NCBI GenBank assembly: GCA_036985875.1
Contig: BTQM01000001.1
Span: forward strand, 1 to 41,583
Direction: 5' to 3'
Source: Patescibacteria group bacterium
GTDB lineage: Bacteria > Patescibacteriota > Minisyncoccia > Phycocordibacterales > UBA1539
DNA: 41,583 nucleotides
Part shown: piece by piece, positions 1 through 8,653 of the stretch
Layout: every line of letters starts with the position of its first letter
Position numbering within the stretch: position 1 is the first letter of the stretch
Translations under genes and position numbers: made by a program
The notes under the pieces: model-generated
What the model saw: the letters and a program-made list of their open reading frames with translations, nothing else
Databases searched by the model: none
What the model was told of the DNA's origin: nothing

Positions 1-42
1 CCGAGCCGAGGAACTAATATGTAGGCATATTTCCTCTTTTGC

Positions 43-51
43 TGTTATAAT
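43..51 (+). promoter_or_regulatory. extended -10 element TGTTATAAT upstream of the gap operon
   Basis: TGnTATAAT match read at 43-51. The gap ATG is at 93, so this transcript would carry a leader of about 35 nt. Confidence 0.4.
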
Positions 52-92
52 GGAGAATATTAACAGTGTATTGTTTTAAATAGGGTATTATT

Positions 93-1133
93 ATGAAAAA
101 AATAAAGGTTGCCATAAACGGACTTGGCAGGATCGGTCGTACATTCTTTAAAATCGCCCACCCGAGAGATGAGGTTGAGATTGTTGCGGTGAACGACCTG
201 GGCGATATTGAAAATCTTGCGTATCTCCTCAAGTACGATACCGCTTACGGCAGAAGTGGTCTTGATATTGATGTGAAAAAAGAAGCGGGTAAAGAATACC
301 TTCGCGTGGATGGGCACGATATCCTTTTCCTTCAGCAAAAAGATCCATCACTTTTGCCATGGGGGGATCTGGACATTGATATTGTTGTTGAGTCAACAGG
401 CTTTTTCTCAGAGTACGGCAAAGCAAAGGCACATCTGGACGCGGGAGCAAAACGCGTTGTTCTTTCAGCGCCCGTGAAGGGCGAGCCGGTGGAGGGGATC
501 GCGGGCGGTACGGTTTTGGTAGGCGTCAATGAGGAGAAGCTCAAAGGGTATCAGATCTCTTCCAACGCCTCCTGCACCACTAACGCCGCGGGCTCCTTGA
601 TCAAGATATTGGATGAGACGGTGGGGATAGAAAAAGCGCTTCTTAATACTGCGCACGGGTACACCGCGACCCAGGCGCTTGTGGATTCTCCAAGCAAGCG
701 GGATTTCAGAAGGGGGCGAGCGGCTGCGCAAAATATCATTCCCGCCACGACCGGCGCCGCGATCGCGGTTACGAAAGCAATACCCGAGCTTGAAGGGAGG
801 TTTGACGGTATCGCCCTTCGGGTGCCGTTGATCACCGGCTCTATTGCCGACATCACTTTTATCGCGAAGCGCGACACGACCGCGGAGGAGGTCAACGAGA
901 TATTGAAGAAAGCGGCAAAGGAAGGAAGATGGAAGAAGGTGTTCTCTGTGACGGAAGAGCCGATCGTTTCCTCTGACATCATCGGCAGTCCTTATGCCGC
1001 GATAGCCGATCTTTCTTTCACGCGCGTAGTGGGTGGAAACTTGGTGAAAGTGCTTTCGTGGTATGATAACGAAACGGGGTACTCGAATGCAATGCTAGAG
1101 CATGTTATTACAAGCGGCAGATTTTTAAACTGA
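93..1133 (+). CDS. gap: glyceraldehyde-3-phosphate dehydrogenase, type I
   Basis: 346 aa. N-terminal INGLGRIGR Rossmann motif, catalytic SNASCTTN, and WYDNETGYS near the C-terminus. Confidence 0.95.
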   Translation: MKKIKVAINGLGRIGRTFFKIAHPRDEVEIVAVNDLGDIENLAYLLKYDTAYGRSGLDIDVKKEAGKEYLRVDGHDILFLQQKDPSLLPWGDLDIDIVVESTGFFSEYGKAKAHLDAGAKRVVLSAPVKGEPVEGIAGGTVLVGVNEEKLKGYQISSNASCTTNAAGSLIKILDETVGIEKALLNTAHGYTATQALVDSPSKRDFRRGRAAAQNIIPATTGAAIAVTKAIPELEGRFDGIALRVPLITGSIADITFIAKRDTTAEEVNEILKKAAKEGRWKKVFSVTEEPIVSSDIIGSPYAAIADLSFTRVVGGNLVKVLSWYDNETGYSNAMLEHVITSGRFLN

Positions 1134-1139
1134 AAAATT

Positions 1140-1598
1140 ATGAAAGTCTACGTTGGTGCAGATCACGCGGGGTTTGAGTTGAAGCAGAAGCTAGTCGCGT
1201 ATCTCAAGGAGGGCGGTCATCAGGTGGTGGACGAGGGGGCGCACGAGCTTAACGAGGGGGATGATTACCCCGACTTTATTGCGCTTGTGGCAAAGGCTGT
1301 CTCTCTTGATACCGACGCAGTAGGCGTCATTTTGGGAGGTTCCGGGCAAGGTGAAGCAATCGTCGCGAACAGATTTCCCGGCGTTAGAGCCTCCGTCTAT
1401 TACGGTGGCCCCAAAGACATTATCACACTGTCTCGCGAGCACAATGATGCGAACATTCTATCCCTGGGAGCAAGATTTATAGGCGAAAAGGAGGCGAAAG
1501 AAACGGTGGGCTTGTGGCTGAGGACGCCGTTTTCCGGAGAAGAGCGGCACAAGAGGCGCATCAAGAAAATTGACGATATAGAGACGTATGCACGTTAG
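1140..1598 (+). CDS. rpiB: ribose-5-phosphate isomerase B (RpiB/LacAB family)
   Basis: 152 aa. MKVYVGADHAGFELK N-terminus and GGSGQGEAIVANR motif typical of RpiB. Starts 6 nt after the gap stop. Confidence 0.9.
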   Translation: MKVYVGADHAGFELKQKLVAYLKEGGHQVVDEGAHELNEGDDYPDFIALVAKAVSLDTDAVGVILGGSGQGEAIVANRFPGVRASVYYGGPKDIITLSREHNDANILSLGARFIGEKEAKETVGLWLRTPFSGEERHKRRIKKIDDIETYAR

Positions 1599-1640
1599 TT
1601 GTACGCCATTTTGCTTACTCAATAAAATAAATCTATACTT

Positions 1641-2015
1641 ATGAATGAGTTTAAAGAGACACAGCCAACAGAAAATCTTTTTTTAAAGAAAGCTGATTGT
1701 CAGGAACTTATTGATCGGCGCAAGATAGCGCCAGAAGATTTTCAGATCATTGAAGATCTATCTCATTATCCCACCGAGTTTTTTGTCGCGGAATTACACA
1801 ATTTTTTCAGCTCCAACCAAGAAAAAAGCGCTCAAGCCATAAAAGACCGGATCAAGCAGGTAAATGAAACGCTTGAAAAATATCCGGACGCCACTATCAC
1901 CGCCACGGCATCCTTAAAAGAAGCAATACCACTTCTTGTATTATTTCTTGAGTTTACTGAAAAATATGGCTGGATGGCAGCCGGACATTTGAATAGTCTG
2001 CTTGAAAATAGATAA
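1641..2015 (+). CDS. hypothetical protein, no motif recognised
   Basis: 124-aa ORF on the same strand, inside the pentose-phosphate gene block. Locally AT-rich. No recognisable domain. Confidence 0.45.
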   Translation: MNEFKETQPTENLFLKKADCQELIDRRKIAPEDFQIIEDLSHYPTEFFVAELHNFFSSNQEKSAQAIKDRIKQVNETLEKYPDATITATASLKEAIPLLVLFLEFTEKYGWMAAGHLNSLLENR

Positions 2016-2022
2016 TAGCAAA

Positions 2023-2733
2023 ATGGAGATTATCCCCGCAATAATGCCAAAAAGTTTTAAGGAGCTTGAGGAAAAAGCAAGTTTACTTGCCGGTCTTGTG
2101 GATGTGGTGCAGATTGACGTGATGGACGGGCGATTCGTTCCCGAAAAAACATGGCCGTATGCTGGAGAAGATGTGTCTTTGAAAGAGCTTGCGGGGGGTA
2201 AAAGGCACTTTCCGGAAAGTGCGCGCCTGTCCTATGAGATCGATCTCATGGTCAGTCAGCCGGAGGAGTCTATGGGATCATGGATATGGGCGGGAGCGCG
2301 TCGAATCATTTTTCATATTGAATCTATCGGCGATATGGATCTATTTTGGGAGAAAATAAGCCATATAGATCCCCCGGCTGATTTTCTTAAGGCGTTGGGA
2401 GTGGAGAAAAGTGATGTTGAGTTGGGTCTTGCTCTTAATATTGAAACACCAAACGAGGCGCTTTTCCCTCATATTGAGAAGGTTGATTTTGTACAGTGCA
2501 TGGGTATCGCACGCATCGGCTATCAAGGAGAGCCTTTTGACGAGAGAGTTTTGCACAAGTTGCGCGATTTGCGAAAACACTACCCAGAGCTTATACTGAG
2601 TGTTGATGGTGGAGTGAATCTGGAGACCGCGCCGCGCCTTATAGAAGCGGGGGCGAATCGTCTGGTGTCGGGATCGGCGATTCTTGAAAGCAAAGACATC
2701 AAAAAGAGAATCAAGGAATTCCAAAGTATATGA
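2023..2733 (+). CDS. rpe: ribulose-phosphate 3-epimerase-like protein
   Basis: The track ORF 2002-2733 opens with TTG; the first ATG, at 2023, gives MEIIPAIMP. DVMDGRFVP motif and C-terminal VDGGVN...GANRLVSGSAI are typical of Rpe TIM barrels. Confidence 0.8.
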   Translation: MEIIPAIMPKSFKELEEKASLLAGLVDVVQIDVMDGRFVPEKTWPYAGEDVSLKELAGGKRHFPESARLSYEIDLMVSQPEESMGSWIWAGARRIIFHIESIGDMDLFWEKISHIDPPADFLKALGVEKSDVELGLALNIETPNEALFPHIEKVDFVQCMGIARIGYQGEPFDERVLHKLRDLRKHYPELILSVDGGVNLETAPRLIEAGANRLVSGSAILESKDIKKRIKEFQSI

Positions 2734-2825
2734 CATATGTCGCACTCACACGATGACCCTATTATCACAAAGCTATGCTTTGTCCATGGGGCAGGCAAAT
2801 TTGAAAGGTCACAATTTATTATATT

Positions 2826-3686
2826 ATGGTACATCTGCACGAAGATAAACTAAAGGAGCTCGAGATAAAAGCGAATAAGATTCGTCAGTCTATTATTGAG
2901 ATGCTCCTTGAGGCGGGTTCTGGGCATACTGCGGGGCCGCTCGGAATGGCTGATATTTTCACGGCGTTTTATTTCCATATATTAAATCACGACTCCAAAA
3001 ATCCAGATTGGGAGGAGCGCGATCGCCTTATTCTATCGAATGGTCATATTGTGCCAGTACGCTACGCAACCATGGCGTATGCGGGATATTTCCCACTGGA
3101 GGAGTTGAAGACGCTTCGCAAGCTTGGAACGCGTTTGCAGGGACATCCCGAGCGAGAGAAGCTTCCCGGTGTGGAAAGCACCTCTGGTCCACTTGGCTCT
3201 GGTCTAGGGCAGGCGGCAGGTATTGCCTATGGCGCGCGTATGGATGACAAGAAGTTTCGCACCTATTGTTTACTATCCGACGGGGAACATGACTCCGGAA
3301 ATATCTGGGAGTCGGCTATGTTTGCGGCAAACAACAAGTTGAGCAATCTTACCGGCGTGATCGATCGCAATAACATTCAGATAGACGGGATGACCGAGGA
3401 TGTGATGCCCCTGGATTCTCTGCGCGACAAATACGAAGCATTCGATTGGCATGTAATCGACGTTGACGGACACAATATTGGGGAATTCGTGAATGCGGTG
3501 GAGGAGGCGAAAGCGATCCATGAAAAGCCAACCATGATCATCGCACACACCATTCCAGGTAAGGGAATAAAAGAAATAGAGTTTGATTATCTGTGGCACG
3601 GAAAGCCGCCGCAGAAACAGGAGGCGGAAAAGTTTTTGAAAGAATTGCGAACATTGGGCGGAAAGATCAGGAGCGAGCACGAATGA
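2826..3686 (+). CDS. transketolase, N-terminal (thiamine-diphosphate-binding) subunit
   Basis: 286 aa. GHTAGPLGMADIF and SDGEHDSGNIWESAMFAANNKLSNLTGVIDRNNIQIDG motifs of a split transketolase. Confidence 0.9.
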   Translation: MVHLHEDKLKELEIKANKIRQSIIEMLLEAGSGHTAGPLGMADIFTAFYFHILNHDSKNPDWEERDRLILSNGHIVPVRYATMAYAGYFPLEELKTLRKLGTRLQGHPEREKLPGVESTSGPLGSGLGQAAGIAYGARMDDKKFRTYCLLSDGEHDSGNIWESAMFAANNKLSNLTGVIDRNNIQIDGMTEDVMPLDSLRDKYEAFDWHVIDVDGHNIGEFVNAVEEAKAIHEKPTMIIAHTIPGKGIKEIEFDYLWHGKPPQKQEAEKFLKELRTLGGKIRSEHE

Positions 3687-4732
3687 ATCAGCCCGTAATT
3701 TATAATGTAACACAAAGGACACAAGGCAATATGACAAATCAGGATCCAAAATTAAGTTCCAAGATATTTGACGAAGACATTGAAAAAGAGCCGATACGTG
3801 ATGGTTTTGGGAAGGGTTTGGTTGAGGCGGGCGAACGTGATCCGCGCGTTGTTGCGCTGTCTGCAGACTTGACAGAGTCAACGAGGACGCATTGGTTCAA
3901 GGAAAAGTTCCCGGAGCGCTATATTGAAATAGGGGTTGCCGAACAAAATCTTGCGACCGTTGCGTCTGGCCTTGCCAATTATGGGAAAATTCCCTTTATT
4001 ACTTCTTATGCTGTTTTCAGTCCGGGAAGGAACAATGAGCAGATCAGGACGACGATCTCACTTAACAATGTTCCCGTAAAAGTTGTGGGAGCTCATGCGG
4101 GAATTTCTGTTGGTCCAGATGGAGCGACACACCAGGCGCTGGAAGATATCGCGCTTATGAGAGTGCAGCCCAACATGACCGTGCTTGTGCCCTGCGACAG
4201 CGAAGAAGCGCAGAAGGCAACTATCGCGGCAGCACAGCACGATGGTCCCGTGTATATTCGTCTTGCACGCGAAAAGACACCAAAGTTTACGACACAGGAA
4301 ACATCATTTGAAATAGGTAAGGCGCAGATATTTTTCACTCCGCAAGAAGACGTTGCGATCAAAGCGGGGATCATTGCCTGCGGTCCCTTGCTGCATAATG
4401 CGCTCATGGCGGCAAAAGCGTTTGAATACGGAGGAATAGGAGTGGAGGTAATGAACCTCTCCACTATAAAGCCCATAGACAAAAAAGCGATAGTGGCGTT
4501 TGCAAAAAAGGTTGGTGCAGTGGTTACCGTGGAAGAACACCAAGTCGCAGGAGGGATGGGCAGTGCCGTGGCGGAGGTGTTGTCCGGCGAATATCCTGTA
4601 CCAATGGAGTTTGTGGGTGTGCAGGATATGTTCGGACAGTCCGGCACGCCCGAAGAGCTTATAGAGCACTACGGCATGGGATCGTCCTCCATCCAAAAAG
4701 CCGTAGAAAAAGTCATCAAAAGAATGGGGTAG
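3683..4732 (+). CDS. transketolase, C-terminal (pyrimidine-binding) subunit
   Basis: In-frame ATG at 3683 overlaps the upstream TGA (ATGA coupling). IRDGFGKGL...VVALSADLTESTRT and GPDGATHQALEDIALMR motifs. The 3593-3682 extension in the track was rejected. Confidence 0.9.
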   Translation: MNQPVIYNVTQRTQGNMTNQDPKLSSKIFDEDIEKEPIRDGFGKGLVEAGERDPRVVALSADLTESTRTHWFKEKFPERYIEIGVAEQNLATVASGLANYGKIPFITSYAVFSPGRNNEQIRTTISLNNVPVKVVGAHAGISVGPDGATHQALEDIALMRVQPNMTVLVPCDSEEAQKATIAAAQHDGPVYIRLAREKTPKFTTQETSFEIGKAQIFFTPQEDVAIKAGIIACGPLLHNALMAAKAFEYGGIGVEVMNLSTIKPIDKKAIVAFAKKVGAVVTVEEHQVAGGMGSAVAEVLSGEYPVPMEFVGVQDMFGQSGTPEELIEHYGMGSSSIQKAVEKVIKRMG

Positions 4733-4852
4733 TGCTCTCGCTCTCGTGAGTTCTCACTTAAACAATTTTTTGTTTTAACAAAAAACACGCTTGCAGTGGT
4801 ATAAGCGAATTGTAGACACATTCCAAGATGCTTTAGAGATTAGAGAAATAAG

Positions 4853-5632
4853 ATGGATGAAATAAAGCACAAACTCCATAAAGTATTTTACGGCAAGAGC
4901 TATATAAGCATCTTGTTCAATAATACATTATTGGCCGTGAACGCCGCTCTTATTTTTTTGGTGCTCATCGCCGCCTTTTTCCCAGAAAATAAAGTGATTA
5001 TTGCCATAGAGATTTTCTTGGGCGTACTATTTTTGAGTGAGTATATGCTCCGATTGTGGGTGGCGCCCAAGAGGGTCGCGTATATATTCAGGTGGATGAG
5101 CATACTTGACGCCATCGTCATCTTTTCTCTGTTTGCTCCAGCGTTTATTGGGAATTTGGGATTTTTACGGCTTGTCAGGTCACTGCAGATGTTGCGACTC
5201 TACAAAATATCCAGAAATTTATACCATCATGAAGGAAATAAGTTTATTATACGCAACAAAGAGATCATCATCGGCGTCCTTAATTTGGTGATATTTCTGC
5301 TTTTGATGACATCGCTCGTGTTCGTGTTTCAGGTGCGGGTCAACACGGAGATCAGCACGTATTTGGACGCGATGTATTTTACCATTAGCACGCTTACGAC
5401 AACGGGGTTTGGCGACATCACGCCTGAGGGTGCGGTAGGCAAGTTCTTGACGATACTTATTATGGTATTCGGTATTACGTTATTTGTAAGATTGGCAAAG
5501 AGCATGTTCCACAGGCCTCGTATTGATTATGTGTGTCGAAATTGTAAATTAGGGCGGCATGATCTTGACGCGATTCACTGCAAACATTGTGGCGCAACGA
5601 TCAAAAACGACGCATATAAATATCTTGATTAG
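4853..5632 (+). CDS. voltage-sensor-containing K+ channel-like protein with a C-terminal CxxC...CxxC zinc-ribbon tail
   Basis: Multiple TM segments. S4-like LRLVRSLQMLRLYKISR has a basic residue at roughly every third position. Pore signature TLTTTGFGD. The tail is CRNCKLGRHDLDAIHCKHCG. Confidence 0.8.
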   Translation: MDEIKHKLHKVFYGKSYISILFNNTLLAVNAALIFLVLIAAFFPENKVIIAIEIFLGVLFLSEYMLRLWVAPKRVAYIFRWMSILDAIVIFSLFAPAFIGNLGFLRLVRSLQMLRLYKISRNLYHHEGNKFIIRNKEIIIGVLNLVIFLLLMTSLVFVFQVRVNTEISTYLDAMYFTISTLTTTGFGDITPEGAVGKFLTILIMVFGITLFVRLAKSMFHRPRIDYVCRNCKLGRHDLDAIHCKHCGATIKNDAYKYLD

Positions 5633-5643
5633 CTTAAAGCTTA

Positions 5644-5670
5644 ATACATGGCGGCTTTGCCGCCATGTAT
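5644..5670 (+). terminator. hairpin terminator after the K+ channel gene
   Basis: Perfect 12-bp stem ATACATGGCGGC / GCCGCCATGTAT with a TTT loop. No clear T-tract follows. Confidence 0.6.
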
Positions 5671-5702
5671 GGGAAGCATCAAAGCTAATTTAATCTAAAC
5701 TC

Positions 5703-6293
5703 ATGGAAATAAATACTGCAGAATTTGTAAAAGGGATCCTCGGCACGGATGAGATCACGGAGGACGGGGTGCCGCAGATCGCGTTTGTCGGGAGGTCCAA
5801 TGTCGGAAAATCAAGTGTGATAAACTCCTTGCTTGGGCGAAAGAATCTGGTGAAGTCGAGCTCCGTTCCGGGAAAAACACGGGAAATCAATTTTTTTCTT
5901 GTTCACTATAACGACGGCGAAGCTAGTAAAGAAATATATTTTGTTGATCTTCCGGGGTACGGCTTTGCGAAGCTTCCCGCGAAAGTCCGCGAGAAGCTCA
6001 GGAAACTCATGTACTGGTATCTTGCGGATCTGTACACGCGCCCGCGCGCGGTCGTGCTGATCGTTGACGTTAGGGTTGGGCCCTCCGCGCTGGACAGGGA
6101 GATGCTTGAACTGCTAAAGGAGCATGGGCACAGAGTGGTCGTTGTGGCAAACAAGGCGGATAAACTAAAGAAAAGCGAGCGGGAACGCCGCCTCATGCGA
6201 GTGGAGGAAGGGCTTGGGTGCCGGGATATCATCTTGTATTCCGCAAAAACAAAAGTGGGGAGAGAAAAACTTTTGAAAGAGGTATTGGGATGA
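5703..6293 (+). CDS. engB: ribosome-biogenesis GTP-binding protein YihA/YsxC (EngB)
   Basis: 196 aa. G1 GRSNVGKSS, DLPGYG (G3) and NKADK (G4) motifs in EngB order. Confidence 0.9.
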   Translation: MEINTAEFVKGILGTDEITEDGVPQIAFVGRSNVGKSSVINSLLGRKNLVKSSSVPGKTREINFFLVHYNDGEASKEIYFVDLPGYGFAKLPAKVREKLRKLMYWYLADLYTRPRAVVLIVDVRVGPSALDREMLELLKEHGHRVVVVANKADKLKKSERERRLMRVEEGLGCRDIILYSAKTKVGREKLLKEVLG

Positions 6294-6353
6294 TTTTTTC
6301 TTATGAAACGCCGCGAGGTATCAAGCAGGGCAATTTGTGCATGTGCGGGAATT

Positions 6354-6362
6354 TGATATAAT
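6354..6362 (+). promoter_or_regulatory. extended -10 TGATATAAT, 6 nt upstream of the ZIP ATG (leaderless candidate)
   Basis: TGATATAAT at 6354-6362, spacer ACGCCC, ATG at 6369. There is no room for a Shine-Dalgarno sequence. Confidence 0.5.
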
Positions 6363-6368
6363 ACGCCC

Positions 6369-7169
6369 ATGATTTTGCTCTACATCGTCCTCGCGACAAT
6401 AGCAGAAATGATTGTTGCGCTGGCAGGGATTTTTTTTGTGTTTCTTGGGTCCGAGAAGCTTAAAAGGTACCTGCCGTACTTTATCAGTTTTTCTGTCGGT
6501 ACGTTTCTTGCAGTGGTGTTTCTGAATATTTTGCCGGAAGCGATGAAGTATTCTTCGCCGGATACGATCCTTTCCTATACCCTAGCGGGATTTTTGTTCT
6601 TTCTTCTTCTGTCGCGGTTTCTTCATTGGTATCACCATCATGAAAAGCGTGAGTGTAGCCCCGAAGACGGAAGCTCGAAATGTGTTCGCGTGGATGATAC
6701 GCGTGTCAGCATCAAGGCAAGTGGATATCTGGTCTTGGCGGGTGACTTCATACACAATTTTATAGACGGTATCATTATTGCGCTTGCGTTTCTCGCTGAT
6801 GTTAATATCGGCATCGTTACTACCATAGCCGTGTTATTTCACGAATTTCCACAGGAGGTGGCAGATTTTTTCATATTGATCAATGCGGGATTCTCCAAGA
6901 AAAAAGCGCTGCTCTTCAATTTCCTTGTTTCCTCCACGACGCTTGTCGGAGCTGTGATCACTTATTTCCTTGCTGTGAACATAGACAAGTTTATCGGCCC
7001 GGCACTTGGTCTTGTGGCGGGGAATTTTCTCTACATTGCCGCCTCTGACTTGATTCCTGAATTGCAAGCGAGACATGGAGCGGGTACTGGCAGCACGATC
7101 AGGCAATTCTCTCTTATTCTTCTTGGGGTTTTCATAATGTATACGATCATAATTCTCATGCCGGAATAG
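6369..7169 (+). CDS. ZIP-family divalent metal (zinc/iron) permease
   Basis: 266 aa and polytopic. His-rich loop HWYHHHEKRE. HNFIDGIIIA and HEFPQEVADF motifs are typical of ZIP transporters. Confidence 0.85.
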   Translation: MILLYIVLATIAEMIVALAGIFFVFLGSEKLKRYLPYFISFSVGTFLAVVFLNILPEAMKYSSPDTILSYTLAGFLFFLLLSRFLHWYHHHEKRECSPEDGSSKCVRVDDTRVSIKASGYLVLAGDFIHNFIDGIIIALAFLADVNIGIVTTIAVLFHEFPQEVADFFILINAGFSKKKALLFNFLVSSTTLVGAVITYFLAVNIDKFIGPALGLVAGNFLYIAASDLIPELQARHGAGTGSTIRQFSLILLGVFIMYTIIILMPE

Positions 7170-7176
7170 AAAGTGG

Positions 7177-7310
7177 CGCGCTAGCACACCAAAAAGGTGT
7201 AATAATGCGCGTATTAACATGAACCCACACCACCCTTTCAGAAAGGATGGTGTGCTGTTGCCTGCGGCTATTTACTTAATCTCTGCTTTATGGCAGTCTG
7301 AAGAGCAGAG
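7177..7310 (+). other. three consecutive stem-loops in the ZIP-to-protease intergenic region
   Basis: Nested CGCGC..ACACC-AAAAA-GGTGT..GCGCG at 7177-7211. CACACCACCCTTTC/GAAAGGATGGTGTG at 7226-7254. CTCTGCT/AGCAGAG at 7281-7310. Confidence 0.4.
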
Positions 7311-7357
7311 TAGAACTTCTTTGAAATAACTGAATACTGAAAAAGGGGGGGGTAGAA

Positions 7358-8116
7358 ATGAAATTGTTCAGCTTACTCGGTTTACTTCTTATTTTTACAT
7401 TCGTCAGTATAGGTATGGGTCCTTTGACGCTGTACAATGCTGGAAAACACGACACTAAAGAGGTGCAAGTCGGAGAGTTTGGTGCTTACGCAGACCATAT
7501 ATTGCATGTTGCGGTAGCGTCGAAACGAAAAGGCAGATCTAAGGGGTACCGTGTCGGCGCTGGCGTGGCGATAGGAGAGCGTCTCTTTGTGACTGCGTGG
7601 CATGTTGTTGCCAGCGGTGGCGACATTATTGTTACAAACAGTAAGGGTAAAAAATTCAGAGGGAAGGTGGTAGCGTATGACCCTACAGTAGACATGGCGC
7701 TCGTGTGGACATCCGAGAAACTATCTCCCGTAGCATCTTTGCGAAAAGGCGATTTGAAGATCGGCGAATCCATTTTTGTCATCGGCCACCATCTCGGGGT
7801 GCTTCGTTGGACATTCGCGTTTGGGAGAGTGATGCATCCGGGGAGAGATCTGTTTTCCAGCAAAGTGTCAGACATAAACGCGCCGCTTATCCAGCTTGAT
7901 ATGCATATTGCCCCTGGTGCCAGTGGTGGTGGACTATTCGACGCCGCCGGTAATCTTGTGGGAATAGTTGTTCAACTGTTTGATGGAGTGGGAATTGGTC
8001 TCGCAGTTCCGATAGAAGTCGTTTGCAGGTTTAAGCTGCGCGAAACGATCGAACTGTGTGCGAAAGGAAAGGTCTTGAAGAAGACTTCTAGTACGGATGA
8101 AAAGGAGTTGCGATGA
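7358..8116 (+). CDS. secreted or membrane-anchored trypsin-like (S1/DegP-type, no PDZ) serine protease
   Basis: N-terminal hydrophobic segment. Catalytic triad context TAWHVV (His), DMALV (Asp), GASGGGLFD (Ser). G-rich Shine-Dalgarno sequence AAGGGGGGGG upstream. Confidence 0.8.
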   Translation: MKLFSLLGLLLIFTFVSIGMGPLTLYNAGKHDTKEVQVGEFGAYADHILHVAVASKRKGRSKGYRVGAGVAIGERLFVTAWHVVASGGDIIVTNSKGKKFRGKVVAYDPTVDMALVWTSEKLSPVASLRKGDLKIGESIFVIGHHLGVLRWTFAFGRVMHPGRDLFSSKVSDINAPLIQLDMHIAPGASGGGLFDAAGNLVGIVVQLFDGVGIGLAVPIEVVCRFKLRETIELCAKGKVLKKTSSTDEKELR

Positions 8117-8463
8117 GCCGGAGAAAGCGTAAGCTCGAAGAACTTACGACACATCATCGCCGACCGAAGTCTCTCGGAGGGACACGCACACCCCGAAATA
8201 TCTCAAGGGTGAAGTGGAAATATCATGATGCGTGGAATATGTTGTCTGAAAATGGAACTCCGGAGAGGGTAGCAGAGATCCTCAATGATGCATTAGCGCA
8301 TCTCGACAAGCTAAAACCAAAACGTCGCGAGGCTTTCTGTTTGTTGTTCGGCAACGTAAGCATTCAGGGAATTGCGGATATTGTTAACGAAACATGGTTA
8401 GATCCCGATTATGAATTACTTCTGGATGCTGATGATGTACTTATTGCCGCAAAAAAGAAATAG
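8113..8463 (+). CDS. small HNH-motif protein
   Basis: 116 aa. HHRRPKSLGG-x6-N-x10-H-x2-W resembles the HNH beta-beta-alpha core. Its ATG overlaps the protease TGA (ATGA). Confidence 0.5.
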   Translation: MSRRKRKLEELTTHHRRPKSLGGTRTPRNISRVKWKYHDAWNMLSENGTPERVAEILNDALAHLDKLKPKRREAFCLLFGNVSIQGIADIVNETWLDPDYELLLDADDVLIAAKKK

Positions 8464-8480
8464 CTTCCTCTTACACATTA

Positions 8481-8512
8481 AAGTCCCGCATTGCGCGGGA
8501 CTTTTCCTTTTT
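8481..8512 (+). terminator. rho-independent terminator
   Basis: AAGTCCCGC / GCGGGACTT stem followed by TTTTCCTTTTT. Confidence 0.85.
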
Positions 8513-8653
8513 ATGCGGCGCGACAACATATCTTAAATATTCGGTGTATATGGTTTTCTCCTTGGTTACTGATTGGAGGACAAAGAAAAATGCGATATAA
8601 TATCTTATGATATCTGATTGCTGTGTGGACGAAGAGATTTTCGATGAGAGAAT

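Noticed and set aside
3593-3682. A 30-codon N-terminal extension of the transketolase C-subunit ORF.
   Set aside because: It overlaps the end of the N-subunit gene in another frame. The ATG at 3683 gives ATGA coupling, and the conserved region begins downstream of it.
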